Positions 17,073 through 28,000 of a stretch of 57,994 bases of DNA are shown one piece after another (position 1 is the first letter of the stretch; each line of letters starts with the position of its first letter). Source of the DNA: a virus (Duplodnaviria; Caudoviricetes); the IMG/VR virus record IMGVR_UViG_3300034190_001214, positions 1-57,994 of that record. One strand, written 5' to 3'. The notes under the pieces were generated by a model. That model worked only from the letters and a program-made list of their open reading frames with translations, ran no database searches and had not been told where the DNA came from. Both the position numbers and the translations under genes were made by a program.

Positions 17073-19067
17073 CTATCCTGCAATCTCACTGAAGGCGACT
17101 CCAGTTCTTGTTGCAATGAAATTTAGTGTAATGAAGTTAATTGAACGAGATGGTTTGATGAAGATATCTGCAACAAACTCATTTCTATCAACGACTTCTC
17201 CTGTGTTATTTGAAGCGTCACAAACTACACTAAAGTCTGTTATACCTCTTCTACCCTGTACATCTCTTAGAAATGGTTCTACAAGGTTTCTAAATTGTGC
17301 TCTTGTGAATTCATCATTGAATTCAAAGAGTTGAAACTTTGCTGCGGTAGCGATTGCTTTTTCAAGAGTGATAAACAATCTTCTAACATTTATCCTATCA
17401 AATGCACTTGGTTTTGTCAATCCAGTTTTATCTCCAAAGAGAACTACACCTTGACCAGGAAAATTAACAACTGGGTTAACTCTCGCTCTGTAAAGTTCAT
17501 CTCTTTGTGATTGTGTTGGATTGTATGCAAGTTTAACTGCTCCTCTAATTTGTCCTCTGTTGTAACCTGCTGGTGAGAACCATGTGTCTGCAACAAAGTC
17601 AGTTCTAGCACATAAACCTGCGATATCTCCATTTAGTGGAACAAAACGATATACATCGTTAAATTTATCATATTGATATTTGTAACCACTATCAAAGACA
17701 ACATAAGATGATGAAGGTAATGAATCAAAGAAATTCTTTACATTCGCTGTCTGCGACACCGAACTTGTAACACCTACTACATCTGCGTTTGCAGGTGAAA
17801 TAAATGCGACACAATCCTTTCTTCCTTCCGCAATGTCTATTAACATTGTACCATATGTATCACCATCTGAGGCACTATCTGGTGTTTTACCACCAATGAT
17901 TAAGTTTATATCAACAGTTTCAGAATCTTTAAATTCTTCGTATGCTGTTTGATGTTCTGCAACTGTAACAGAATAATCATCTGTACCACCACTAAGTGTA
18001 TCAACTATAGGAGCTGTGATACTATCCATTGATGAAGTTGTATCTGAACCCCAGTTAGTTCCACTACTTGTGTGGTCTCCCCAAAGAATTTGTTTTGATT
18101 GTTGAAAGATTACATCCACATAGTAATTGGATGCTCCTGTTGAATTTTTTGCTACTGGATTTTTTGATAGTCCTTTATAGACTTCAAGAACAGCACTTGT
18201 TCTGTTTCCAGCAGTATCTATATCGTTTCCACTAAGGTCTCCTGTTGTATCATATACAACAATATGAACTTCATCATTAGTGGCACGACCATTTTGTTTT
18301 GACCAATCTGTTTGTCCAGGCGCCCCATCTACTAAATCGTAGAATCTCCATCTTCTGCGAATAAAGCTATTGTCTGGTATAATTGCTTGTACACCTTTCG
18401 CTTCTGGGTCATCTTTTAACCTAACTGTTAGGTCATGTGTAGCGATTGCAGTAATTTCATATTCATTACCTTCATCTCCACTAATATGTGAAAATGCAGT
18501 TGAATCAGAAGATGCATCAGCAGTTGAGAAAGAAATTAAATCTCCAACAGAAAATGCTGTTCCATCATCCACTTTAATTACTGTAGCACCCTTTGCGTCT
18601 TCACCAACTGTTTGGTTAGATGAACCTAAGTTTTGTTCATATGCAGTAGCACTCGCACATATAGAAACTCCTAATGAGTTACCCCATGTACCAGCGGTTC
18701 TTGCTGACCATTCTTGGTGTGAACCTTGTCCACTTGCGTAATTGTTTGTCCAGTCATCATCATTTTTGATAAGGACTCCACTACCACTAACAGTTGCGTT
18801 TAACAGACCACTTGCAGGTCTAACTACTCTTAATGCGTTTCCATATCCTAAGAAGTTAGCAGCACAAAACCATTGTTCAAAGTTATTTGAATTTGGTTTA
18901 CCAAAAATATCTATAAGTTCAGCTTCTGAACCAATAGAAGTAATTTCTGATACTGGGCCTTTCTCTGCTGGTAATGAAATCCCAGCAATAGATGTTGCGA
19001 CAGCGGGAACAATATTAGTAAGGTCGATTTCGTTTACCTGTACACCAGGCGAAACTAAAAATCCCAT
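17073..19067 (-). CDS. gp18: Tail sheath protein
   Basis: FLVSPGVQVNEIDLT, WFSPAGYNRG, SAFDRINVRRLF, FEFNDEFTR, IKPSRSINFITLNF. Confidence 0.97.
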   Translation of the reverse strand: MGFLVSPGVQVNEIDLTNIVPAVATSIAGISLPAEKGPVSEITSIGSEAELIDIFGKPNSNNFEQWFCAANFLGYGNALRVVRPASGLLNATVSGSGVLIKNDDDWTNNYASGQGSHQEWSARTAGTWGNSLGVSICASATAYEQNLGSSNQTVGEDAKGATVIKVDDGTAFSVGDLISFSTADASSDSTAFSHISGDEGNEYEITAIATHDLTVRLKDDPEAKGVQAIIPDNSFIRRRWRFYDLVDGAPGQTDWSKQNGRATNDEVHIVVYDTTGDLSGNDIDTAGNRTSAVLEVYKGLSKNPVAKNSTGASNYYVDVIFQQSKQILWGDHTSSGTNWGSDTTSSMDSITAPIVDTLSGGTDDYSVTVAEHQTAYEEFKDSETVDINLIIGGKTPDSASDGDTYGTMLIDIAEGRKDCVAFISPANADVVGVTSSVSQTANVKNFFDSLPSSSYVVFDSGYKYQYDKFNDVYRFVPLNGDIAGLCARTDFVADTWFSPAGYNRGQIRGAVKLAYNPTQSQRDELYRARVNPVVNFPGQGVVLFGDKTGLTKPSAFDRINVRRLFITLEKAIATAAKFQLFEFNDEFTRAQFRNLVEPFLRDVQGRRGITDFSVVCDASNNTGEVVDRNEFVADIFIKPSRSINFITLNFIATRTGVAFSEIAG

Positions 19068-19120
19068 AAGTTTTCTCCTTTATGTATTTTTTTTCATAAA
19101 ATCCATTCGGTTTATTATAA

Positions 19121-19128
19121 TATTTATA
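19121..19128 (-). promoter_or_regulatory. Late promoter TATAAATA for gp18
   Basis: Exact consensus; divergent from the + strand late promoter at 19172. Confidence 0.8.
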
Positions 19129-19171
19129 AAAAGACTATTTCTAAAAACCCTCTTTTATATGTGTTTTCACA

Positions 19172-19179
19172 TATAAATA
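19172..19179 (+). promoter_or_regulatory. Late promoter TATAAATA for the + strand HNH-like gene
   Basis: Exact consensus 5 nt upstream of ATG 19185. Confidence 0.7.
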
Positions 19180-19184
19180 ATGAT

Positions 19185-19487
19185 ATGACTAATAAACATT
19201 ATGATAAATACAAGGAAACTATTAAGAAAGTCGCAAGAAGAAACTATTATAAAAGAGTACAATGGTTAAATAAGATACTTGAAAATGAATCTTGTTTACA
19301 TTGTGGAGAGTCTGAAACAGTTTGTCTAAAGTTTCATCCACACGATAAAGAAATAAGAAAACTATCTAAAAGAAAAGGACTAAATGAATCAAGTCAACAA
19401 CAAGTAAATAAATTGATTAGTGAATCAAAAATAGTATGTGCGAATTGTTTATTAAAGATTGATAATGATTTAATTGAGTTTATATAA
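19185..19487 (+). CDS. HNH-like zinc-finger protein (possibly degenerate nuclease); likely start ATG 19185
   Basis: CLHCGE...LKFHPHD...IVCANC; inverted between gp17 and gp18. Confidence 0.65.
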   Translation: MTNKHYDKYKETIKKVARRNYYKRVQWLNKILENESCLHCGESETVCLKFHPHDKEIRKLSKRKGLNESSQQQVNKLISESKIVCANCLLKIDNDLIEFI

Positions 19488-21137
19488 TTACCAGTCAGAA
19501 TCTTTAGTTCTAACTACTGAACTCCACTTTGTTCCATATTCATCTACAAGTGTTTCACCAAATGGGTCATCAAGACCATCATCAATAAAACCAAATGGAG
19601 CCATATCTTGTTCTAACTGGTCTTGTTGTTCTCGTATCATTTGTTTTTTCATATCAATATCAGTAAGTTCTGTAAAATATTGTTGTCCAGTCGCCCATGC
19701 GAATAACACTCCACACATAACAAGGTCATCATTACATCCCTCATCCGCCTGAAAAGAATTTCCATGTTTAATAAAGGTAGACATTTCATTTACCATATCA
19801 TAATCTGGTATAACAATTTTTTCACTTTCCACCATAGTTTTAAATAGAGAACATCCTATTCGTTTTACTGCCTTTGTAGTTCTTACACCGAGTTGAGCCT
19901 TTCCACCACTAAATCCACCACCAAGTATTTGTCCAGAACGACCTCTCATCGCCGCCATCATCATATTATCATATTCCATATCATATTGTAATGCGTGTGC
20001 GACTTGGTCACCAATATCATTTACCTCTATAAGAACATACGCCTGATTATAAACTTTTGCGATTTCGTGAATTTTAGTTGGAAAAATTACTGGTTTAATT
20101 TCATTATCTCTAAACTTCGCGACAACACGATAAGGTAGTTGTGATACATCAAATACTACAAACGCAGAATAGTCATTTGATAAACCTCTCGATACATCTG
20201 CGACTACGACATAAGTATGATTCTTTACTGGATATTCATGTATATCTAAACCTGCGTTACTTTTCATTGGATTTTTATATGGAAGTTGTCTTAGTTTTGT
20301 TGAACTAATCAAAGTATTCATAGAACCTAAGAACTCACATTCAAACTCACTTGCGAATTGTTGTTCTGATGTATTTTGAATTGTTTCTTGTTTCCATTTC
20401 TCATCTCTACCAGGTACTTCTGTCCAATGAACATCTATTGGTATATAACTATTTCTTTTCTGTTCTGCGTCCACCCAAAGTTTATAGAACATATTCATCC
20501 CATGTGGTGTTGATACTATTATAACTTTTGTGTTTTTACCAGATGATATTGTAGGATAAACAGAACTAAAAAATTGTTCTGCGATGTTTGTTGGAACATA
20601 CGCAAACTCATCTAAGAATATAATATTATAACTTCCACCTCTAACAGCACTCGCACTTGTTGAGGCCGCAAGTATTTTACTTCCATTCTCTAATGTTAAA
20701 CTACCTTTGTTCCATTCCATAACACCTTGTTGTAACCACTTGGGTAAGTTTTCATACGCAAGTTGTAATCTACCAAGAATATCTCTTGCGGTTGCCGCCT
20801 TGTTCGCAAGTATCGCAACACTTACACTTGGATTAAATAAAACATAATACAACAAGTAAGATACCATAGTTGTAGATTTTCCAGACTGTCTTGGTAATTT
20901 ACAAATTGTAAAACGATTATCATGAAAGGTTGATATCATTTCTTTTTGAAAATTGTACATCTTAAAAGGTATGAGACCTTCATCTAAAGAAACAATCTTA
21001 ACATAGTTTTGTATAAAATGTAATGGATTGTCCATACATTTTTTATACTCTTTAAGTTGTTCCTCTGTAAAGTTTAAAGAAACATTCGCTTTTTTAAGAT
21101 TAGGATTGTTTAAATAATTTTCAGTTGGTTGTCCCAT
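19488..21137 (-). CDS. gp17: Terminase large subunit
   Basis: YLNNPNLKK, PRQSGKST, FLDEFA, STPHG, ADVSRG..DYSAF, NDDLVM. Confidence 0.97.
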   Translation of the reverse strand: MGQPTENYLNNPNLKKANVSLNFTEEQLKEYKKCMDNPLHFIQNYVKIVSLDEGLIPFKMYNFQKEMISTFHDNRFTICKLPRQSGKSTTMVSYLLYYVLFNPSVSVAILANKAATARDILGRLQLAYENLPKWLQQGVMEWNKGSLTLENGSKILAASTSASAVRGGSYNIIFLDEFAYVPTNIAEQFFSSVYPTISSGKNTKVIIVSTPHGMNMFYKLWVDAEQKRNSYIPIDVHWTEVPGRDEKWKQETIQNTSEQQFASEFECEFLGSMNTLISSTKLRQLPYKNPMKSNAGLDIHEYPVKNHTYVVVADVSRGLSNDYSAFVVFDVSQLPYRVVAKFRDNEIKPVIFPTKIHEIAKVYNQAYVLIEVNDIGDQVAHALQYDMEYDNMMMAAMRGRSGQILGGGFSGGKAQLGVRTTKAVKRIGCSLFKTMVESEKIVIPDYDMVNEMSTFIKHGNSFQADEGCNDDLVMCGVLFAWATGQQYFTELTDIDMKKQMIREQQDQLEQDMAPFGFIDDGLDDPFGETLVDEYGTKWSSVVRTKDSDW

Positions 21138-21158
21138 TATAAAACTCCTTGTCTAAAA

Positions 21159-21623
21159 CTAGGATTTTCTTTTTTTTAGTGCCTCAATCTCTTTTTTATT
21201 AGAGTTGGCTAGATTTTTGTTAGAACTAATTTGTTCGTTCTGTAAACCATCAATTAAGGATTGTAACTTTCTCGCTTTTTCTTCATCACTATCTAAGTGT
21301 AACTCTGCGTTGATTACTTTTTCTAATTTAAGAAAAGCGATTCTTTCGTTTGGAACATATCTCCATGTATAACCTCTTTCTGAATATACACCAAAGACTG
21401 TTTCTTTTGCTCCTATCTTTACAATAACAGATTCGTTACCATCTAAGATAACTTTATCACCTTCGTTAAATGCTGGATTCCACTTAAACTGTAATCCTTT
21501 CGCAAGACTACTCGCCCAATCTTTAAACATGATTGCGATTATCGCACTGATTAAAAGTCCAATCCAAGGCAGTATAAAATTAGTCAGTTCCGCTGTCTGA
21601 CTGTCTAATGTTGTCGGTGTCAA
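21159..21623 (-). CDS. Small membrane protein with MscS-like middle beta domain and C-terminal coiled coil
   Basis: TM helix then FNEGDKVILDG..VIVKIG.KETVF...YVPN, resembling the MscS PF.VGD.I...G.V..I...T...IPN pattern. Confidence 0.55.
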   Translation of the reverse strand: MTPTTLDSQTAELTNFILPWIGLLISAIIAIMFKDWASSLAKGLQFKWNPAFNEGDKVILDGNESVIVKIGAKETVFGVYSERGYTWRYVPNERIAFLKLEKVINAELHLDSDEEKARKLQSLIDGLQNEQISSNKNLANSNKKEIEALKKRKS

Positions 21624-22023
21624 TGATTTCTCCTTTTCCTTTTAAAACTTTTTGTAAATCAGCGGTTGAACCAACGAACAATGCGTTAGTTACATTCTTC
21701 GGTGCGTTACTTGGAACTTCTTTTAATTTTTTATAATTGTTTTGTAGTTCCACTAATTTTTCTGTAACCTCAGAAACAGTTTTAATAAGTTGTCCTGCGA
21801 CTTCATAACTTCTAGGGTGGTCTGATTGTTTCGCAACATCTAATATACCTTCGATTGCGTCTTGACCTTTTTCAATCAGATTATAAAAGTTTTCACGACT
21901 ATACTTATAGTCAACTTCTTTTTCATCATCACCATTTGGTCTAGGAATAACTTTTCTTTCAGTCTCCTCTAACTCCTCAGTAATGTTGAGTGCCTCACTA
22001 ATCTTTTTGTCTACAACAGTCAT
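21580..22023 (-). CDS. gp16: Terminase small subunit
   Basis: DYKYSRENFYNLIEKG, HPRSYEVAGQLIK, NALFVGSTADLQK. Confidence 0.93.
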   Translation of the reverse strand: MTVVDKKISEALNITEELEETERKVIPRPNGDDEKEVDYKYSRENFYNLIEKGQDAIEGILDVAKQSDHPRSYEVAGQLIKTVSEVTEKLVELQNNYKKLKEVPSNAPKNVTNALFVGSTADLQKVLKGKGEIIDTDNIRQSDSGTD

Positions 22024-22826
22024 TATTCTTCATCTTCACCAGTTGTTGGATTAAATTCTTTTGCGTCTTGGAAGAAAGATGTAGTTTCATTAAATCCAAA
22101 GTCATCATCTGCGTCTGCGCTTGTTGGATTTGGAGTAACAGTATATCTTTGTTCTCTTTTCGGTGACTTGTCTGGCATATCTGTATACTGGTCAACTTGA
22201 ACAGTTTTAATAACATTAGATGAAGTAACAGGGCCGTATAGATAAAACTTTAATGTAAAGTCTAATGTATATATTATCGCTCTTCTTGAAGCGAAATCAC
22301 CTTCGTATGAATCTTCATAACTTATATTATTTAAGATTACTGGAACATCTCTTGATGTATCCATATCTACATTATCTTTTAATGTTATTGTATAGTCTGG
22401 TTGAAAGTATGGAAGTATTTGTTCTACAATTTGTAATGAATCATCACTATTTTTTGACATTACAGATAATGTAAATGTAATGTTATATGGAACTGGCATA
22501 AACTGTGAATCTAATTGTTTATTATTTCCACTTTTTGTTTTTTTAAATTTTTGTACACGATTTAATTTTCTTGTAGGGTCATAACTAAGAGCACCAATCT
22601 CAAAACTAATTCTTGGTAATGTAATTGAAACTTTATTATCTAAGTTTGGGTCTTGTCTTAATCTCGCAAGAAACTTTTGTTTTGGGCCATATGCCAATGG
22701 CACCTTCATAGTTTGAGTTATTACTCCATTATTATTTTTTCTTACTAAAACAATATTATTAAATAAACTACCAAATGCGATTACTAATTTTCTAATTGTT
22801 TCATGATAAAATTGTTGTCCTAACAT
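22023..22826 (-). CDS. gp15: Tail sheath stabiliser / terminator
   Basis: FYHETIRK.VIAFGSLFNNI, VPLAYGPKQKFL, LPRISFE, QIVEQILPYFQP. Confidence 0.95.
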   Translation of the reverse strand: MLGQQFYHETIRKLVIAFGSLFNNIVLVRKNNNGVITQTMKVPLAYGPKQKFLARLRQDPNLDNKVSITLPRISFEIGALSYDPTRKLNRVQKFKKTKSGNNKQLDSQFMPVPYNITFTLSVMSKNSDDSLQIVEQILPYFQPDYTITLKDNVDMDTSRDVPVILNNISYEDSYEGDFASRRAIIYTLDFTLKFYLYGPVTSSNVIKTVQVDQYTDMPDKSPKREQRYTVTPNPTSADADDDFGFNETTSFFQDAKEFNPTTGEDEE

Positions 22827-22839
22827 AATTTATTCACTC

Positions 22840-23910
22840 CTATTCGTTTATGTCCCCAAAAGGATTTCTTTCTGAAAAATCAAAAATACTATCATCTAAA
22901 GTATCCAAATAATCATTCTGTGCGTTGTAATCAGTTGACTGGTCACCTACAATATAATCCTCTTTAACTATATAGTCTTTTGTTCCAATTAATTCTTTAA
23001 TCTCTGCGGTAACTTGACTTGTTTGTCCTGTAATAATTTCACCTTTTGAGAATTCAGTAACAGTAATTAAATCATAACCCATTGGGTCTAATGTGTCTGT
23101 AACATATGCGATTGCTCCAGATGTTGCGCCTACAATTCTTTCACCTTCTGTAAATGATAGTCCACCATTGTTTATGATATCAAGTCTTGTACCTGTAGTT
23201 GTTTCTGCGAGTATAGAACCAGATAGATATTCTGTTTCAGAAAGAACATTATCTCCTGCGTCTGCTGCTGCGCCATTAGTTCCATCAAGTAATAACAAGT
23301 CTCCATCTTCTAATGCCATTTCACTTGTAATCGCTCCAGCCTGTTCAAGAGTAATCTGATACTGCATTGCATCTCTAGTAAATGTTGTTTCAACTGCGTC
23401 AATCTCTGCGATATCAGTATCAATAATTTCACTAGAGTATTCAAATGTTCTACAACTTAATTTAAATGTAGGTCTATTTTGTACTTGATAAAATGGGTCA
23501 TCATGGTCAACAAATGTTATCTCAAACATTTTTTTCGCAGTTGGGAAATAAATTAAATCTCCTTCATTTGGTCTTGTACTTTCAATAATGTTTGAGTCAA
23601 CTGAAACAAGTTCTTCAAATCTTCTTCTTGCGACTGTGAAAGAACATTCCTCTCTCATCTCTAAACCAAATTTACCCATGAGTTCTTTTTCACCACCAAA
23701 CCCATCTGTTTCATTAAACACCATTTCAATTAAATATGCGTCATTAAAAGTTGATAGTCTGTCTTCTGTAAAAAGATTGTCTTCTGCTACAAGTTTTCTT
23801 GGGAGATAAAATACCTCTTGACCTTGAATCTTAATTTGTTCGATAGCAATCGCTTCATACAAATCTTGTTCATTTTTAGTTCCTGTGTCAAAAAATACAT
23901 TTGTCGGCAT
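22840..23910 (-). CDS. gp14: Neck protein with internal insertion
   Basis: EQDL, FYLPR, KFGLE, RPNEGDLIYFP, PFYQ, C-terminal DFSERNPFG. Confidence 0.92.
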   Translation of the reverse strand: MPTNVFFDTGTKNEQDLYEAIAIEQIKIQGQEVFYLPRKLVAEDNLFTEDRLSTFNDAYLIEMVFNETDGFGGEKELMGKFGLEMREECSFTVARRRFEELVSVDSNIIESTRPNEGDLIYFPTAKKMFEITFVDHDDPFYQVQNRPTFKLSCRTFEYSSEIIDTDIAEIDAVETTFTRDAMQYQITLEQAGAITSEMALEDGDLLLLDGTNGAAADAGDNVLSETEYLSGSILAETTTGTRLDIINNGGLSFTEGERIVGATSGAIAYVTDTLDPMGYDLITVTEFSKGEIITGQTSQVTAEIKELIGTKDYIVKEDYIVGDQSTDYNAQNDYLDTLDDSIFDFSERNPFGDINE

Positions 23911-23919
23911 TATTAAATA

Positions 23920-24738
23920 CTATCCTATTTGATACATTGGTGGTAAATCAAATGCAAGTTTTATTTCTTCTTCTAGTTTTTGAATTTCCTCTTTCGCTTC
24001 GTTTAAAATAACTTCTCCGTTTATTTCAACTCCACCTAACATCTGCATACCTCTAAACTTCAATAAGTTATTACCCCATTGTTTTTTAATTAGTGCGGTC
24101 GCATATCGTTTAAAGTACATATCATTATAAAGAGAAGTGAATGTGGTTGGGTCTAATTGTCTATAACATTCTATTATGATATATTCACCTTCTGCGACAT
24201 CATTTGTAAAATCCATATCTAAATACAATCTACTTTGATGTTGATTATGTCTTATTGGAACTTCACCAACTAACAATTGACTGAGTAGGTCTATGTGTTG
24301 CATTGTCATTTTATAATGCATTACTGATGTTGAAGAAAAATCATATAAGTCGTTTAGTCTTAATTGATATCTTACATCAAATAAATTATTTGTTGAACTA
24401 TCATCAAAAGGAAAAACTCTTACAACAGAAAGAACAGTACTTGGAACAGGTATAAAGTTTTTTTGTTCTATCCAACCTGCGGTAACAGAATTATCAGCGA
24501 TATCTGTCGCAGTTGTTGCACTTGTATTCGCGACACCTCTTGTTAAGTCTGCAGCAGTGAATTGGTGTTTTAAAAAAACTTTTTCTACACCATTATAATG
24601 AAACTCACGAAAATACTGTAACGCCTCATCAACTCTATCATCTAATTGGTCTTCATCGACATTAATATCAATGACTGGTTGTCCTAATGCTCTTAAACAG
24701 TAATCTTTGAATGTATCTTTAGTTGTTGGTGTAGCCAT
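23920..24738 (-). CDS. gp13: Neck protein
   Basis: YCLRALGQPVIDINVDEDQLDDRVDEAL, KRYATALIKKQWGNNL.KF. Confidence 0.95.
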   Translation of the reverse strand: MATPTTKDTFKDYCLRALGQPVIDINVDEDQLDDRVDEALQYFREFHYNGVEKVFLKHQFTAADLTRGVANTSATTATDIADNSVTAGWIEQKNFIPVPSTVLSVVRVFPFDDSSTNNLFDVRYQLRLNDLYDFSSTSVMHYKMTMQHIDLLSQLLVGEVPIRHNQHQSRLYLDMDFTNDVAEGEYIIIECYRQLDPTTFTSLYNDMYFKRYATALIKKQWGNNLLKFRGMQMLGGVEINGEVILNEAKEEIQKLEEEIKLAFDLPPMYQIG

Positions 24739-24757
24739 TTAATTTTCCTCTTTAATA

Positions 24758-24765
24758 TATTTATA
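24758..24765 (-). promoter_or_regulatory. Late promoter TATAAATA for gp13
   Basis: Exact consensus (CCTTATAAATA) with GAGG RBS downstream. Confidence 0.8.
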
Positions 24766-24777
24766 AGGAAACTTGAC

Positions 24778-25005
24778 TTACTCGTTCTCTATTAATTTAA
24801 GTAAAAGACTTTTAATTTCTCTCATCTCACATTTTAGGTGATTTATTTCACGAGTAGCGCTCCTAATATCATCTCTTTGTCTTTGTGCTTCTCTTGACCT
24901 TTTAACAGCGAGTTCATACGCAGTACGATTTTTATTCACTATCGCATTTGATTCAGAATCTCTATACAAATGTGAATTATCTTTTACTGGTATCTTTTGT
25001 GCCAT
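24778..25005 (-). CDS. Small conserved-type coiled-coil protein upstream of gp13
   Basis: LYRD..SNAIVN...EIKSLL pattern. Confidence 0.7.
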   Translation of the reverse strand: MAQKIPVKDNSHLYRDSESNAIVNKNRTAYELAVKRSREAQRQRDDIRSATREINHLKCEMREIKSLLLKLIENE

Positions 25006-25009
25006 GTTC

Positions 25010-28000
25010 CTATGTTGCGAGTGCGATTGCTCTAAAATCTTTTATTCTTGGTGGTAATGCTGAGTTTGTTCCCTGCATTCTTATCTTAATCGCAAATCCT
25101 ATAAATTCATCTAACGATGTTCCTGTACCATCATCATTTTTACCAGCACTATACACATACTCTGTAAAGTCATCTATTGTAGAGTTTGGATTAGCGGTTT
25201 CATCTGGACTTCCATCAGTATTAAAATATGTAAATCCTATATCATCAAAGTTAGTATCCTCATCTGACCTTAGTAATTTAAACATTACTTGTATTTCAGA
25301 AGTTGATGGTCTGTGTGCGTCTAATATGACTCTGAGCGCTGTTGCTGGAGTTTCTAATTGAACTTTTCTTGTAATATAAATCGCCTCGTTACTATCACCA
25401 CTTGGTTCTGTTGGTGCGACATATTCTGATGTTGGATAAACATCTGAAGAACTATCAATGTTATCTAATCTATTCGCTACTGCGACAAATGTCTTTTTAT
25501 CTAAATCAATATATGGTGATAAGAATTCATCTGTTGTTGATAAAACTAAATCAAGTGATAATGATTTAGACCCAGACATTTCATTTGTTTCATTGATTGT
25601 TGAAGCGATTAACTTCGGTACATCAAAATAGAAGTTTTCATTCAACTGGAATGTTACACCAGTAGAAACTTTACTAAATGATGTTTCAGTTCCACTTGGA
25701 CTTGTTCCAGAAGTTGATTTAATTTTTGATGTTAAGTTTGTTTGTGGGAATTCTAACACAGGTAATATAGTTTTAAATGTTTCAAACTGTGCGTTTTCAG
25801 TTGCGACTATCGCACTTCCCCCACCTACATTTGTAGATGTTGCGTTACTTGATACTGTAATGGTATATGAATCAATTCCAATATTTCCAATCGCAGTATG
25901 TGTTGCGTTTATTTCACTTATTGGAATACCATTTACCGCACTACCTGCAGTTGCGACAACACCAGAGATTGTAACATTATTAGATGTTGAGTGCATTTGA
26001 TGGTTCGGGTGATTTACTTTAATTACATTCGAACTGTTTGTTGTTTCAAGTGCGTTTACTGGTAGTGTTACAGTTGGTACTGCGTCATTATTTAATGTTA
26101 ATGTTCCATTTGAAGTTGTTGTAAATGAAGCTCTATATGCGGTGAACTTTAAATCTTCTGCATCAAATGCACTCCAAGTAGAGTTGTTTTGACTTTTAAA
26201 TAATACTCCTAGATATGGTTGTGTACTAACAAATCTACCACCTTTATCTTCCTCACCTTGTCTTGAAATCCAAACATTATAATTGTCTGAATCAGATATT
26301 AAACAAATCGCATATTCTGTATTTGGTGCAAGAAACACTGGTGAATCAAATGTAAAGGTTGTTGCGCTAGAAGCATTTGTTGCATCCACACTTACCGAAC
26401 TTGGATTAAGAGTTACACTTCCAAATGGTAATACTTTTCTTGTTGGATATCCATTATCCATTTCTCTGATTTGTAGAGTTACTGGAATTGTTGCATCTTT
26501 TGTTGAGAAGAAGATATCAATTTTTGTTAAGAATTCTCCTACACCACTCTCTGAAATAATAGATTGTGCGAGTGGGTCAATCCAAGTAGTATTACTTGTT
26601 CTTGCGAGTTCTCTTTGAACTTCTACACTTTGACTTACATCAGTTACTTCAACTCTTGCATTTCTAGTTCCTATAATATCTCTTTCTCTAACTTCAAATA
26701 TACCTTTTGCGCTGTATGTCGCCTGTGCGACAGTATCAACCGCTGTGATTGTATTAGTTGAACTTGAAGTTAATCTAAAGTTTATATCTCCAGTTCTCCA
26801 TCTTGGATTTCCTGCGACAGTTGGATTAGGAATTGCGAATGTTCCTACTACTTTACCATTTGCGTCAGTTGTTAAGTTACCACCAAGTGAACCACCATCT
26901 GGTGTAACATATGCGGTAATACTTCTCTTATCAAAGAATGGATAAACTCTTGTATTTGGTTTCATTCCAGTTGCGGTGAAAGTAACAGTTCTGGCTCTTA
27001 CAAATGGAATTAATGCTTGTGATAAAACTCTTTCATTTACCACTTCTACATCAATTTGTTCAACAACTTGAGTATTAACTCCACCTCTAGTTCTTAGTCC
27101 TGCTTCTTCTAAGATAGTTGTGTTAACTTGTCTTCTACCATCTCTTTCAGTAACTTGTCTTGTAGTTGTAACACCACTCCATTGTGTTTCCCATGCGTTC
27201 CAAACTGTTCCTATTGAATTTTCATTTTGAGCAAAAACAGTATCGAAGTTTCCTTCATTTAATTGAAGAATAATATCTGGATTTTGTTGAACTTCAAACC
27301 ACTCATCACCATCTGGACTTAATTTTACAATACCAGTAAATGCGAAGTTTAGAAATGGATTTACCTTTTCTGTTCTTGTCGCATATGGTTGTGTAATACT
27401 TGCGACATGAGTGTAAGGTAGTGTAACAACATCACCAGTTTTTTGATAACCATCTGATGTTCTTTCTGCGTCTGTTGTATTTTCTTCTGTAAGAGAAATA
27501 CCTTTCATAAAGTATTTTGGTCTTAACTCATTATTTTCAAAGTCAATAGAAACACTATAATCTTCATGTAAAGGATTACCAACTCTATGACCAGAGAAAT
27601 TATCTACAACAAAACCAGATTTAAATCTACTTAAACCATTTTCATCTGTTATTTCAAATGATTGTGTATCTTGTTCTAACAAACTTAATGCAGTGTAATA
27701 TTCCACATTTTGTAATCTTCTTTCAAGTCTTCCGATATCACGCATTGTGTATCTTTTATTAATTTGTTTTTTAAAGTCTGTATCTTCAGTAACATTTACA
27801 ACAAATGGTTCTAAGAACACATCAGCAATTTTCATTGCGTTATCAATAGCTTTTGGTAATGTAGGATTCTCTGATGGTGCGCCTTGTATTAATTTAAACT
27901 CACCTTTTTCATTTAAGAAAATAGAATCTTTTCTTCCAAGATAAAAATCTAAATCATAAACAACATTACTTCCATCTTGACAGATATCTACTGTTGATGA

